Below are positions 55,019 to 64,000 of a DNA stretch of 64,000 nt, one piece after another. Under the pieces are notes generated by a model. That model did not search any database and was not told the DNA's origin. It was given only the letters and a program-made list of their open reading frames with translations. The position numbers and the translations under genes were made by a program. The DNA is from an uncultured Candidatus Rokubacteria bacterium (lineage in GTDB: Bacteria; Methylomirabilota; Methylomirabilia; Rokubacteriales; DASRDR01), in assembly GCA_963826115.1 (NCBI GenBank), contig CAWGVS010000008.1:1-64000 (forward strand), given 5' to 3'. Numbering within the stretch: the stretch's first letter is position 1; each line of letters begins with the position of its first letter.

Positions 55019-55402
55019 CTAGTTGGAGGGACCGGTCACGAGACGGCCCGCGGCAAGGCCGAGCCAGCAGAGGACCAGGCAGAGGCCCGTGGTGACCACG
55101 ACGTTCACCCAGGCCTTCCCCCAGGCTCCGAGGGCCATGAGCCGCACCGTCTCGTAGGTGAAGGCCGAGTAGGTGGTCATGCCCCCCATCACGCCCACCA
55201 CGAGGAAGAGCCGCGTCGTCTCCGGGATCACGCTGGCCGCGAGCTGCTGGATCAGCCCGATGAGGAACGCGCCGGCGAGGTTGACCAGGAGCGTGCCGTA
55301 GGGAAACCCCATCCCGAGCCACTGGACGGCCCAGAGGCCGACGAGGTACCGCGTGCCGGTGCCGATGGCGCCGCCGAGCGAGATCAGGAGGAGCTGGCGC
55401 AC
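55019..55402 (-). CDS. crcB: Fluoride channel Fluc/CrcB
   Basis: GGAIG...RY, PYGTLLVN, GVMGGMTTYSAF. Confidence 0.93.
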   Translation of the reverse strand: MRQLLLISLGGAIGTGTRYLVGLWAVQWLGMGFPYGTLLVNLAGAFLIGLIQQLAASVIPETTRLFLVVGVMGGMTTYSAFTYETVRLMALGAWGKAWVNVVVTTGLCLVLCWLGLAAGRLVTGPSN

Positions 55403-55426
55403 CCGATGCCTCCGGCGCGGGAGGGC

Positions 55427-56848
55427 TCAGCCACCGGCCGTGAGCCCGAGCTGGCGGAGCTTCTTCCGGAGCGTGTTCCGGTTGATCCCGAGGAGCGCCG
55501 CCGCCCGAAGCTGGTTCCCGTTCGTCTCTCGCAGGACGGCACGCAGGAGCGGCCGCTCTACCAACCCGATCAGGAGGTCGTAGAGGTTCGCGGATTCCCG
55601 CCGGCCCAGGCCGCGAACGCACTCCGCGAGCTTCTGCTCGACCAGCTGCTCGAGGGTCCCGGCCGCGGCCGGCGGGGGGCCGCCCCCGGGCGCGATCGGC
55701 AGGTGCTCGGGCAGGATGACGCCGCCCGTCGCCATCACCATGGCGTGCTGGATCACGTTCTCGAGCTCACGGACGTTGCCCGGCCAACCGTAGCCCATGA
55801 GCCGCTCGAGGGCCTCGGTGGCCACCGCCCGCTCCCCGAGCTCCGCCCCGTACTTCCCGAGGAAGTGGTCCACGAGGAAGGGCACGTCCTCGATGCGCTC
55901 GCGAAGCGGCGGCAGCGTCAGCGTGACCACGTTGAGGCGGTAGTAGAGGTCCTCGCGAAAGCGCCCGTCGCGGATGAGGGTCTCCAGGTCGCGGTTGGTG
56001 GCGGCGACCACGCGGACGTCGACGGGGATGGCCTCGCCGCCGCCGACGCGCTCCAGCTGCCGCTCCTGCAGGACGCGCAGGAGCTTCGGCTGGAGCTCGG
56101 GCCCGAGGTCGCCGACCTCGTCGAGGTACATCGTGCCGCCGCTCGCGAGCTCGAAGCGGCCGAGGCGGCGCTGGTGCGCGTCGGTGAACGCCCCTCGCTC
56201 GTGGCCGAACAGCTCGGACTCGAGCAGCGTCGCCGGGATCGCCGCACACGAGACCGCCACGAAGGGCTTCCCCGCCCGCCGGCTGTAGTGGTGGATCGCC
56301 CGGGCGACGACCTCCTTGCCCGTCCCCGACTCCCCGCGGAGGAGCACGGTGACGTCGGTGCCGGCGATCCGCCCGATCGTCTTGTACACCTCCTGCATGC
56401 GGGGGGACTTGCCGACGAGCGCCCCGAACTCCCAGACCTCCTGGATCCCGGTCCGGAGCTCGACGACCTCGCGGGCGAGCGCGCGCGCCGAGAGGGCGCG
56501 CTCGGCGAGGAGCCGCACCTCGTCGTTGTCGAACGGCTTCGTGAGGTAGTCGTAGGCCCCGCGCTGCATCGCCTCGACGGCGGAGCGCACGCTCCCGTGG
56601 GCGGTCATGACGATCACCGCGGTGTCGGGAGCCGCGGTCTTCAGGCGGGAGAGCACCTCGAGTCCGTCGATCTCCGGCATCCGCACGTCGACGAACGCGA
56701 GATCGTACGGCTCCGCGGCGGCGTGCGCGAGCGCCCCGGCCCCGTCCTCGACGACGGTGACGGAGTGGCCGGCCTGCCGCAGGACGCGCTCGAGGAGCCA
56801 GCGCATCGAGGGCTCGTCGTCCGCGACCAGGATCCGCGCGGGGGTCAT
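55427..56848 (-). CDS. NtrC-like sigma54-dependent response regulator
   Basis: REC (ADDE, DVRMP), GESGTGKE, GAFTDA, WPGNVREL, HTH LGINRNTLRKKL. Confidence 0.92.
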   Translation of the reverse strand: MTPARILVADDEPSMRWLLERVLRQAGHSVTVVEDGAGALAHAAAEPYDLAFVDVRMPEIDGLEVLSRLKTAAPDTAVIVMTAHGSVRSAVEAMQRGAYDYLTKPFDNDEVRLLAERALSARALAREVVELRTGIQEVWEFGALVGKSPRMQEVYKTIGRIAGTDVTVLLRGESGTGKEVVARAIHHYSRRAGKPFVAVSCAAIPATLLESELFGHERGAFTDAHQRRLGRFELASGGTMYLDEVGDLGPELQPKLLRVLQERQLERVGGGEAIPVDVRVVAATNRDLETLIRDGRFREDLYYRLNVVTLTLPPLRERIEDVPFLVDHFLGKYGAELGERAVATEALERLMGYGWPGNVRELENVIQHAMVMATGGVILPEHLPIAPGGGPPPAAAGTLEQLVEQKLAECVRGLGRRESANLYDLLIGLVERPLLRAVLRETNGNQLRAAALLGINRNTLRKKLRQLGLTAGG

Positions 56849-57978
56849 CGGGCGGCGGGGGGCGGCGCTGGCGCGACCGCGGTCGGGGCGATCGGCAGGT
56901 AGGCGCTGAAGACGGTCCCCTTGCCCGGCGTGCTGGCCACGCGGAGGGCGCCGCGGTGCTCGTCGACGATGCGGTGCGCGAGCGCGAGACCGAGGCCGAG
57001 GCCGCGGGGCTTCGTGGTCACGAACGGATCGAAGACCCGGTCGAGGATCTCGGGGGGAATGCCCTCTCCCTCGTCCGTCACCTGGACCTCGACCAGCGGG
57101 CGCGACCCCGTCCCGGCGTCGACGCGCCCGCCGAAGACCGCGTCGAGCGAGAGCCGGGTCGTGAGCGTGAGCCGCCCCCCGCCCGGCATCGCCTCGACCC
57201 CGTTCTGCACCAGGTTCTGGAACACCTGGACGAGCCGGTCGGCGTCCGCCCAGAGCGGCGGGAGGCTCGGATCGTAGCGGCGCACGAGCTGCACCTCGTG
57301 GGCCCGCGCCGCCGGCTCCGCGAGCAGCGTGACGCGGTCGAGGAGCTCGTGGAGGTTCACGAATCCGAAGGTGAACGTGAGCGGGCGGCCGAGGTCGAGC
57401 AGCGCCTCCATCACGCGGTTCACGCGGTCGATCTCGGCGAGCATGACGGTCACGTGCTCGCGGAACGGCCCGGCGCCGAGCTCTTCACCCAGGAGCTGGG
57501 CGACGCCGCGGATCGCGCCCAGCGGGTTCCGGATCTCGTGCGCGAGAGCGAGCGCCATCTGCCCGAGCGCCGAGAGCCGCTCGCCCCGCCGGACCTCCGC
57601 CTCGAGCGCCCGGATCCGCGAGAGGTCGCGCAGGACCGCGACCGCGCCGCGGAGACTCCCGGTCGGCCCGTGGATCGGCGCCGTCAGCACGCTCACCGGG
57701 ATCGCGCGGCCGTCCGTCGTCGTGAGCTCCGACTCGGGCTCGGCGCGGCCCTCGGCCAGCCGGACCGTCTCGCCGAGGTGCCGGATCAGTCGGGCCTCCG
57801 CGCCGAGGCACTCGGGGAGGAGGCGCTCGAGGGCGCGCGTCGCCGAGCGTCCGGTGAGCGCCTCGGCCGCGCCGTTCCACAGGAACACGGTGAGGTCGGG
57901 CCGGACGCCGATCACCGCGTCGGGCAGGCTCGCCAGGAGCCGGTCGACCTCGGAAACGGGGCCGCCGCCGACCGTCAC
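56845..57978 (-). CDS. NtrB-like cytoplasmic PAS histidine kinase
   Basis: PAS domain, AHEIRNPL, NLVQNG, DEGEGI, FDPFVTTK..GLGLGL. Confidence 0.9.
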   Translation of the reverse strand: MTVGGGPVSEVDRLLASLPDAVIGVRPDLTVFLWNGAAEALTGRSATRALERLLPECLGAEARLIRHLGETVRLAEGRAEPESELTTTDGRAIPVSVLTAPIHGPTGSLRGAVAVLRDLSRIRALEAEVRRGERLSALGQMALALAHEIRNPLGAIRGVAQLLGEELGAGPFREHVTVMLAEIDRVNRVMEALLDLGRPLTFTFGFVNLHELLDRVTLLAEPAARAHEVQLVRRYDPSLPPLWADADRLVQVFQNLVQNGVEAMPGGGRLTLTTRLSLDAVFGGRVDAGTGSRPLVEVQVTDEGEGIPPEILDRVFDPFVTTKPRGLGLGLALAHRIVDEHRGALRVASTPGKGTVFSAYLPIAPTAVAPAPPPAAR

Positions 57979-57982
57979 GGCG

Positions 57983-58981
57983 TCACGCCAGGGCGAGGGT
58001 CGCGTGCGCGTTGAGGGCGAGGTCGGCGCGCTCGCCGGCCGCGAGCCGGGCGGCGCCGGCCGCCGCGATCATCGCCGCGTTGTCGGTGCAGAGGCGCATC
58101 GGGGGCGCGGTCCAGCGATAGCCGCGCTCGCCGCATTCGACCTCGAGCGCCTCGCGGAGCGCTCCGTTGGCGGCGACGCCACCCGTGAGGAGCACACGCC
58201 GGATGCCGAGCGTCCGGGCGGCGCGCACGGTCTTCCGGACGAGCATCTTTACGGCCGTCGCCTGGAACGAGGCGCACACGTCGGCGACGCCCCCGGGCGA
58301 GAGGGGCGCGTGCTGGCGGACGTAGAGACTCACCGCCGTCTTGAGCCCCGAGAAGGAGAAGTCCGGCGCGCCGTCCTGGAACTGCGCGACCGGGAACCCG
58401 ATGGCCTTGGGATCGCCCGCCCGGGCGGTCCGCTCCACCACGGGGCCGCCCGGGTAGCCGAGCCCGAGGAGCTTCGCGACCTTGTCGAACGCCTCGCCGG
58501 CGGCGTCGTCCCGCGTCTGGCCGACCAGGCGATAGCGGAGCGGGGCCTCGCAGGCGTAGAGAGCCGTGTGACCACCGGACACCACGAGGGCGAGGAACGG
58601 CGGCTCGAGCGCGGGGTCCGCGAGCCGCCCGGCGAAGATGTGCCCCTCGAGGTGATTCACGCCGACCAGGGGGAGGCGGTGGACGTAGGCGAGGGCCTTG
58701 GCCACGGACAGGCCGACGAGGAGGGAGCCCACCAGACCGGGACCGTGAGTGACCGCGATCCCGTCGAGATCGGGCAGCCGCACCCCGGCGTCGTCGAGGG
58801 CGCGGGTCAGCACCGGGAGCACGACCTCGAGGTGCCGGCGCGACGCGAGCTCCGGCACCACGCCGCCGTAGCGCGCGTGGATCCCATCCTGGGACTCGAC
58901 GACGTTGGACCGCAGGGCCCCGTCGGCGAGCACGGCCGCGGCCGTCTCGTCGCAGGAACTCTCGATGCCGAGGACGAGCAT
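57983..58981 (-). CDS. tsaD: tRNA N6-threonylcarbamoyltransferase
   Basis: GIESSCDET, NHLEGH, SGGHT, DDAAGEAFDK, DNAAMIA. Confidence 0.97.
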   Translation of the reverse strand: MLVLGIESSCDETAAAVLADGALRSNVVESQDGIHARYGGVVPELASRRHLEVVLPVLTRALDDAGVRLPDLDGIAVTHGPGLVGSLLVGLSVAKALAYVHRLPLVGVNHLEGHIFAGRLADPALEPPFLALVVSGGHTALYACEAPLRYRLVGQTRDDAAGEAFDKVAKLLGLGYPGGPVVERTARAGDPKAIGFPVAQFQDGAPDFSFSGLKTAVSLYVRQHAPLSPGGVADVCASFQATAVKMLVRKTVRAARTLGIRRVLLTGGVAANGALREALEVECGERGYRWTAPPMRLCTDNAAMIAAAGAARLAAGERADLALNAHATLALA

Positions 58982-59057
58982 GCGCGGGAGCGGGACGACC
59001 CGGCCGACCGGGGTCCGCGGTCCCGGCCGGCCGGACGCCGGCCGGGACCCAGTCGCC

Positions 59058-60308
59058 CTAGCCGGCCTTGGCGGTCGGCTTGGTCTTGTCGAGGATGCGG
59101 GACGCCTTCAGGATCTCGATCGCCCGCTGGAGCTGGACGTCCCGCTTCATCTGCTCGGCCTCGGGCAGGGGCGGGGCACCCGGCTTCACGGCCCCCGCCT
59201 CGTCCTTCGGGGCCTCGATCACGATGTCGGGCGTGATGCCCTTCCCGTGGATGGAGCGGCCCTTCGGCGTGAAGTAGCGCGCGGTGGTGAGCCGGAGCCC
59301 GGAGCCGTCCGCCAGCGGGATGATGGTCTGCACCGACCCCTTGCCGAACGTCTGCGTGCCGAGGACGACGCCCCGGCCGTGGTCCTGGACCGCGCCCGCC
59401 ACGATCTCCGAGGCCGACGCGGAGCCCTGGTTGACGAGCACGACCAGCGGGACGTCGGTGACCGCCCGCTTCGCGTGGGCGGTGAAGCGCATGTTCTGAT
59501 TCCGCACCCGGCCCTCGGTGTAGACGATGAGCTTGCCGTCGCCGAGGAACTCCTCGGAGACCTCCACCGCCGACGAGAGGAGCCCGCCCGGGTTGAACCG
59601 GAGGTCCAGGATCAGGCCCGCGAGCTGCCCGCCCTTGTCGAACTTCTCGACGGCGGCGACGAGGTCCGGCGCCGTCCGCTCCTGGAACTGGCGGATGCGG
59701 ATGTAGCCGATCCCCGGCTCGAGCTCCTGGGCCTTGATGCTCTGGACCTGGATGACCTCGCGCATGAGCGAGACGTCGAACGGCTCCTTGGCGCCTTCCC
59801 GCACGACCGTGATCGTGACCTTCGTCCCCTTCGGCCCGCGCATCTTCTTGACGGCGTCCGCGAGGCTCATGTCCTTGGTGGCGAGGCCCTCGATCTTCAC
59901 GATGCGGTCGTTGGGCTGGATGCCCGCTCGCCAGGCCGGCGTGCCGTCGATCGGCGCCACGACGGTCAGCACGTCGTCGCGGACCGTGATCTCGATCCCG
60001 AGGCCGCCGAAGCTGCCCGAGGTCTCCACCTGCATCTCGCGGTAGCTCTCGGGGTCCATGAAGGAGGAGTGCGGGTCGAGCGAACGCAGCATGCCCCGAA
60101 CCGCGCCGTAGATGACCTCCTTCGGCTCGGTCTCGTCGACGTACTGGTTCTGGATGATCGACAGCACGTCGGTGAAGAGCTTGAGCTGCTCGTAGGTGGC
60201 GGTGCGATCGACGCCCTTGGAGGCGCTGGTGCCGCCCAAGGACAGCGTCAGCACCACCAGTACGGCCGCCGCCAGGAACGCCTTGCCGATCGGCTTCCCC
60301 GCACGCAT
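59058..60308 (-). CDS. ctpA: Carboxyl-terminal processing protease (S41)
   Basis: LDPHS, PDZ domain, LDLRFNPGG, SASASEIV, TFGKGSVQ. Confidence 0.93.
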   Translation of the reverse strand: MRAGKPIGKAFLAAAVLVVLTLSLGGTSASKGVDRTATYEQLKLFTDVLSIIQNQYVDETEPKEVIYGAVRGMLRSLDPHSSFMDPESYREMQVETSGSFGGLGIEITVRDDVLTVVAPIDGTPAWRAGIQPNDRIVKIEGLATKDMSLADAVKKMRGPKGTKVTITVVREGAKEPFDVSLMREVIQVQSIKAQELEPGIGYIRIRQFQERTAPDLVAAVEKFDKGGQLAGLILDLRFNPGGLLSSAVEVSEEFLGDGKLIVYTEGRVRNQNMRFTAHAKRAVTDVPLVVLVNQGSASASEIVAGAVQDHGRGVVLGTQTFGKGSVQTIIPLADGSGLRLTTARYFTPKGRSIHGKGITPDIVIEAPKDEAGAVKPGAPPLPEAEQMKRDVQLQRAIEILKASRILDKTKPTAKAG

Positions 60309-60355
60309 GAGCGACTCCTTCTCCGCGACGACCGGGTCGCGCCGGTCCGGGCCGC

Positions 60356-61570
60356 TCAGGGGCGGCGCCGGAGCCAGAGCTGGGGGTCCTCCGCCCGGCT
60401 CTGGTAACGCACCTCGAAGTGGAGGCGGGGCCCCTCGACCGACCCGGTCTCGCCGACTCGGCCGACCAGATCCCCGCCCTTCACCTGGTCTCCCTCGTCG
60501 ACCAGAATCTGCGAGGCGTGAGCGTAGAGGGTGTAGTAGCCGTCCCCGTGATCCAGGACTAAGAGGTTACCATAACCCTTCAACCAGCCGCGATACGCGA
60601 CGGTCCCCGGCGCCACCGCCCGGATCGGGGTCCCCTCGGCCGCTTCGATGTCGATGCCGGTCCGCACGGTCTCCGTCCCGAACCGCGGGTGCGTCTCGCG
60701 GCCGAATCCCGTGACGACGCGGCCCTCGGTCGGCCACGGGAGCTGGCCGCGTTCCCGCCCGAGGCCGACCGCGGGGCCCGGCGTGGGCGTCGGGGTCGCC
60801 CGCGCCACCACCCGTCGCGGCGGCGCGCGGCGAGCCAGGCTCCGCACCAGGACCTCCAGGCGGCGCGCGGCCTCGCTGAGCTCCCCCGCCAGGCGCTCGT
60901 GCGTGGCGCGATCCTCCCGTGTCTCGGCGAGGAGCGTGCGCCGGCGCTCCGCCTGGGTCGCGATCTGCGCGCGCTCGCCGTCGACGGCGCTCCGGAGCTC
61001 GACGAGCTCGCGCCGCGCGCGCGCCGCCGCCTCCTGGCGCGCCGCCAGGTGGTCCGCGGTCGCATCGTACCGCGTGAGCCGGTCCAGGTCGTCACGGGCG
61101 ATGCCGGTGAGATCGGCGATGGCCTGCCGGCGCGTGAGCGCCGCCGGCCCCGCGGCCCACGGCGGCGCGGCGGGCGCGACCGCGAGCCGGGCGAGCGTCT
61201 CGAGGCGCGCCGAGAGCGCGGCCTGCTGGCTCACGAGATCCTCGACGACGCGGTCACGCCGGCCCTCGAGCGCGTCGAGCTCCGCCTCGACCTGGACGAT
61301 GCGGCGATCGAGCTGCTGGAGCGCCCCACGCTTCTGCGCGAGGCTCCGGTCGATCCCCTCGAGCTCCGCGAGCAGCGAGACCTCGCGGCGCCGCGCCGCG
61401 GAGGCGCGCTCGCGCGCTTCGTCGAGTTGGCGCCGCACCTCGCCGAGCGCGTCCTGCTTGGCCTTGAGGTTCTGACGCCCGGTCGGCGGCGGGGCGGCGG
61501 ACGCCGGCGCGAGGCCGGAGCCGAGGAGCAGGAGGACCACTGCGGCGAGGAGCCGCCGGCGGGCCCGCAT
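60356..61570 (-). CDS. envC: EnvC-like murein hydrolase activator (coiled coil plus M23/LytM)
   Basis: Signal peptide, coiled coil, LPWP, GIDI, LYAH, LHFEVR. Confidence 0.85.
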   Translation of the reverse strand: MRARRRLLAAVVLLLLGSGLAPASAAPPPTGRQNLKAKQDALGEVRRQLDEARERASAARRREVSLLAELEGIDRSLAQKRGALQQLDRRIVQVEAELDALEGRRDRVVEDLVSQQAALSARLETLARLAVAPAAPPWAAGPAALTRRQAIADLTGIARDDLDRLTRYDATADHLAARQEAAARARRELVELRSAVDGERAQIATQAERRRTLLAETREDRATHERLAGELSEAARRLEVLVRSLARRAPPRRVVARATPTPTPGPAVGLGRERGQLPWPTEGRVVTGFGRETHPRFGTETVRTGIDIEAAEGTPIRAVAPGTVAYRGWLKGYGNLLVLDHGDGYYTLYAHASQILVDEGDQVKGGDLVGRVGETGSVEGPRLHFEVRYQSRAEDPQLWLRRRP

Positions 61571-61584
61571 CCCGCGCGCCCGGA

Positions 61585-62460
61585 TCAGGCGCGGCCGGCG
61601 GCGAGGGCGCCGGCAGGGCCGAGAGCCGCGCCGGCGGCGGTGAGCCCCGCGAGCCAGGCGGGCGGGAGCAGCGGCAAGGGGTCGAGCCCGAGCACCGCCC
61701 GCAGCCAGCCCCCGACCCAGGCGGCGCCCGGCTCGGAGGCGAGGAGCAGCGCCGAGAGCCCGAGCAGCGACCCGAGCGTCGCGAGGAGGAGCGCCTGGAG
61801 CAGGAGCGGGCCCGCCAGGCGGAGCGGCGGCACGCCGGCCAAACGCAGGATCCCGGCTTCCTCCGCACCCGCGCGCCGCGCGGTCCCCGTCGCCCCGGCG
61901 GCCGCGGCGAGCGCCGCGAGCGCGAGCACCGCGGCCAGCGCGAGCCCGCCCAGCCGGAGCCCGCCGCGGAACCGCTCGAGGGGCTCGACCCAGCCGAACG
62001 CCGCCTGGACCTCCGTCACGCCCGGCAAGCGGTCGAGGGTCTCGGCCAGCGCGCGCAGCTCCGCGGCGTCCATCGCCGGAGACGGGGTGACCTCGAGCCG
62101 TGGCGGCAGGGGGTTCGAGGGCAGCCGGTCGAGGCCCTCCCCCCGCGGGCCGAGGAGCCGCCGGAGCTCGGCCAGGGCCACGGCAGGGCCAACGTAGCGC
62201 ACGTCCGCCACCCCCGGGATGGACCGGGTCCGCCCGACGACCCCGTCGGGTGCCTCGGGACGTGGCCCCGGGTCCCTCAGGACGGCCACCATCCGCAGGT
62301 CGGCCCGCCATGTCGCCTCGGACAGGCCGAGAGCGAGGTCCCCGGCGAGGGTCGCGCCCGCGAGCAGGACGGCGAGCGCGGACAGGAAGACGGTGGCGGC
62401 GGCGGTCACGCCGCCGCGGCGGCACCCGTCGAGCGTCGCCTCGAGGAGGTAGCTAGACAG
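61585..62460 (-). CDS. ftsX: FtsX-like permease (divergent; start CTG 62460 or GTG 62409)
   Basis: NPLP motif, EAGILRLAG..P, four TM segments; between ftsE and envC. Confidence 0.75.
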   Translation of the reverse strand: MSSYLLEATLDGCRRGGVTAAATVFLSALAVLLAGATLAGDLALGLSEATWRADLRMVAVLRDPGPRPEAPDGVVGRTRSIPGVADVRYVGPAVALAELRRLLGPRGEGLDRLPSNPLPPRLEVTPSPAMDAAELRALAETLDRLPGVTEVQAAFGWVEPLERFRGGLRLGGLALAAVLALAALAAAAGATGTARRAGAEEAGILRLAGVPPLRLAGPLLLQALLLATLGSLLGLSALLLASEPGAAWVGGWLRAVLGLDPLPLLPPAWLAGLTAAGAALGPAGALAAGRA

Positions 62461-63133
62461 GATCGCCCTCGGGGCGCAGCCGGCCGCCCGTCAGCTGAAG
62501 GACGCGCCCGTCGAGCGCGCGCGCGAGCTCGGGCGCCTGCGTCGTGACGAGACACGTGGTGCCGTGGCCGGGCAGGCTCCGGAGAAGCGCCACCACGGCG
62601 GCGGCCGCCGCCGGGTCCAGCATCGTCGTGGGCTCGTCGGCGAGGAAGAGGCGCGGCCGGGTCGCGAGCGCGCGCGCGAGCAGGACCCGCCGGCGCTCCC
62701 CCGCCGCGAGCTCGTACGGCAGCGCGTTGCGCGCCGGGCCAAGCCCGACCTCGACGAGGGCCGCGAGGGCACGCTCCCGCGCGTCCGCACGCCCGGCCCC
62801 GAGGGCGCGCAGCACGACGGTGAGGTTGCCGAGCGCCGTCCGATCCGGGAGGAGCCGGCCCTCCTGCTCGAAAACGCCCAGGCCGCGGCGGAGACGCGCG
62901 AGGCCTCGCGCGCCGAGCGCGCCCACCTCGGCCCCTTCCACCAGGACGGCGCCGCGGGTCGGGCGCTCGTCCCCGGTGATCAGGTGGAGCAGGGTCGATT
63001 TGCCCGCGCCGATCGGGCCGACCACGACGGCCAGCTCGCCCGGCTTGACCTCGAACGACAGGTCGGACAGCGCCTCGACGCGCCCGCCCACCGCGCGCTC
63101 GTAGACCTTGGAGACGCCACGGAACTCGAGCAT
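62453..63133 (-). CDS. ftsE: FtsE-like ABC ATPase with degenerate motifs
   Basis: GPIGAGKST, ERPTRG, LADEPT..LDP; synteny with ftsX-envC-ctpA. Confidence 0.78.
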   Translation of the reverse strand: MLEFRGVSKVYERAVGGRVEALSDLSFEVKPGELAVVVGPIGAGKSTLLHLITGDERPTRGAVLVEGAEVGALGARGLARLRRGLGVFEQEGRLLPDRTALGNLTVVLRALGAGRADARERALAALVEVGLGPARNALPYELAAGERRRVLLARALATRPRLFLADEPTTMLDPAAAAAVVALLRSLPGHGTTCLVTTQAPELARALDGRVLQLTGGRLRPEGDPV

Positions 63134-63213
63134 GAGCCCACGGTCATTATAGGAAGCGGGGTCCGGCGGCCCGCCGGCTTTTCTGGGGGGCCGGATGGCA
63201 CCCGGCCGCGGCG

Positions 63214-64000
63214 TCAGCCGGCGGCCAGTCGCTCGCCGAGGAGACGGTTGACGATCTGGGGATTGGCCTTCCCGTGCGTGGCCTTCATCACCTGCCCCAC
63301 GAGGAACCCCGCCGCCTGCTTCTTGCCGCGGCGGTAGTCATCCACGACGCTCGGGTGGGCGGCGACGACCTCCTCGATCACCCGCCCGATGGCGTCCTCG
63401 TCGGCGACCTGACGGAGGCCCTCGCGCCGCACGATGGCGTCGGGATCCTCACCGGTGCGGGCCATCCGCTCGAAGAGCTCCTTGGCCATCTTCCCGCTGA
63501 TCGTCCCGTCGTCGACCAGCGCGACGAGCCGCGCGAGCGCCGGCGGGCGCACCGGCGAGCTGGCGACGGCCGCGGGATCGCCGCGGAGCTCGCGCAGGAG
63601 CTCCGAGCCGATCCAGTTGGCCAGCGCCTTCGGGTTCGGATGGCTCCGGACCGCCTCCTCGAAGTAGTCGGCGAGCGCTCGGTCGCCCGTCAGGAGCTCG
63701 GCGTCTGACGCCGGCAGGCCGTACTCCGTCAGGAAGCGCTGGCGGCGGGCACGCGGAAGCTCGGGCAGCGCCGCCTCGATCGACGCGACCCACGCCGGCG
63801 GCGGCTCGAGCGGCACCAGGTCCGGATCGGGGAAATACCGGTAGTCGTGGGCGTACTCCTTCGAGCGCATGGACAGGGTGAGGCCGCGCTCCGGGTTCCA
63901 GAGCCGCGTCTCCTGGACCACGCGCTCGCCCCGCTCGAGGGCCTCGGCCTGGCGCGCCGCCTCGTACTCGAGGGCGTCCCGCACGTGCCGGAACGAGTTC
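63214..64000 (-). CDS. gatB: Asp/Glu-tRNA amidotransferase subunit B (5' part outside window)
   Basis: QETRLW, MRSKE.AHDYRYFPDPDL, LPELP, GQVMKAT.GKANP. Confidence 0.97.
   Translation of the reverse strand, partial: NSFRHVRDALEYEAARQAEALERGERVVQETRLWNPERGLTLSMRSKEYAHDYRYFPDPDLVPLEPPPAWVASIEAALPELPRARRQRFLTEYGLPASDAELLTGDRALADYFEEAVRSHPNPKALANWIGSELLRELRGDPAAVASSPVRPPALARLVALVDDGTISGKMAKELFERMARTGEDPDAIVRREGLRQVADEDAIGRVIEEVVAAHPSVVDDYRRGKKQAAGFLVGQVMKATHGKANPQIVNRLLGERLAAG

Noticed and set aside
55403-55426. Fluoride riboswitch upstream of crcB
   Set aside because: Only 24 nt are intergenic and no riboswitch motif is visible.

Overview
Very GC-rich bacterial chromosomal window made up mostly of housekeeping genes. 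Gene content and order suggest a Rokubacteria/Methylomirabilota- or Nitrospira/Deltaproteobacteria-like lineage (inference only). Almost every gene is on the minus strand. In transcription order, from the right end: gatB (partial), ftsE-ftsX-envC-ctpA-tsaD-ntrB-ntrC-fluC, a stand-alone nuoLMN plus ridA, a glycerol-3-phosphate/glycerophosphodiester cluster (HAD-IIA, glpD, ugpBAE, lipoprotein, GDPD, glpK, orphan binding protein), a diheme cytochrome c, atpZ-atpI-atpB-atpE-rex-mfd-surA, rho, rpmE-prfA-prmC-murA-hisGDBHAF(IE), lipoprotein-mlaEFD, radA, an NTF2-like protein, yacL-ispD-ispF-cysS-rlmB, a tRNA cluster, tuf, rpmG, tRNA-Trp, secE-nusG-rplKAJL and rpoB (partial). The only plus-strand unit is a coupled three-gene module: two cytoplasmic HtrA-like proteases and a LuxR regulator with a degenerate receiver domain. 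It is the best candidate for an uncharacterised system. Other points of note are a compensated double frameshift in rplL, a Rex-like operator over the atp-rex promoter, a degenerate FtsE, a ugp operon with a lipoprotein in place of ugpC, a pho-box-like repeat, and several candidate non-canonical or leaderless starts. No CRISPR array, IS element or prophage was seen.
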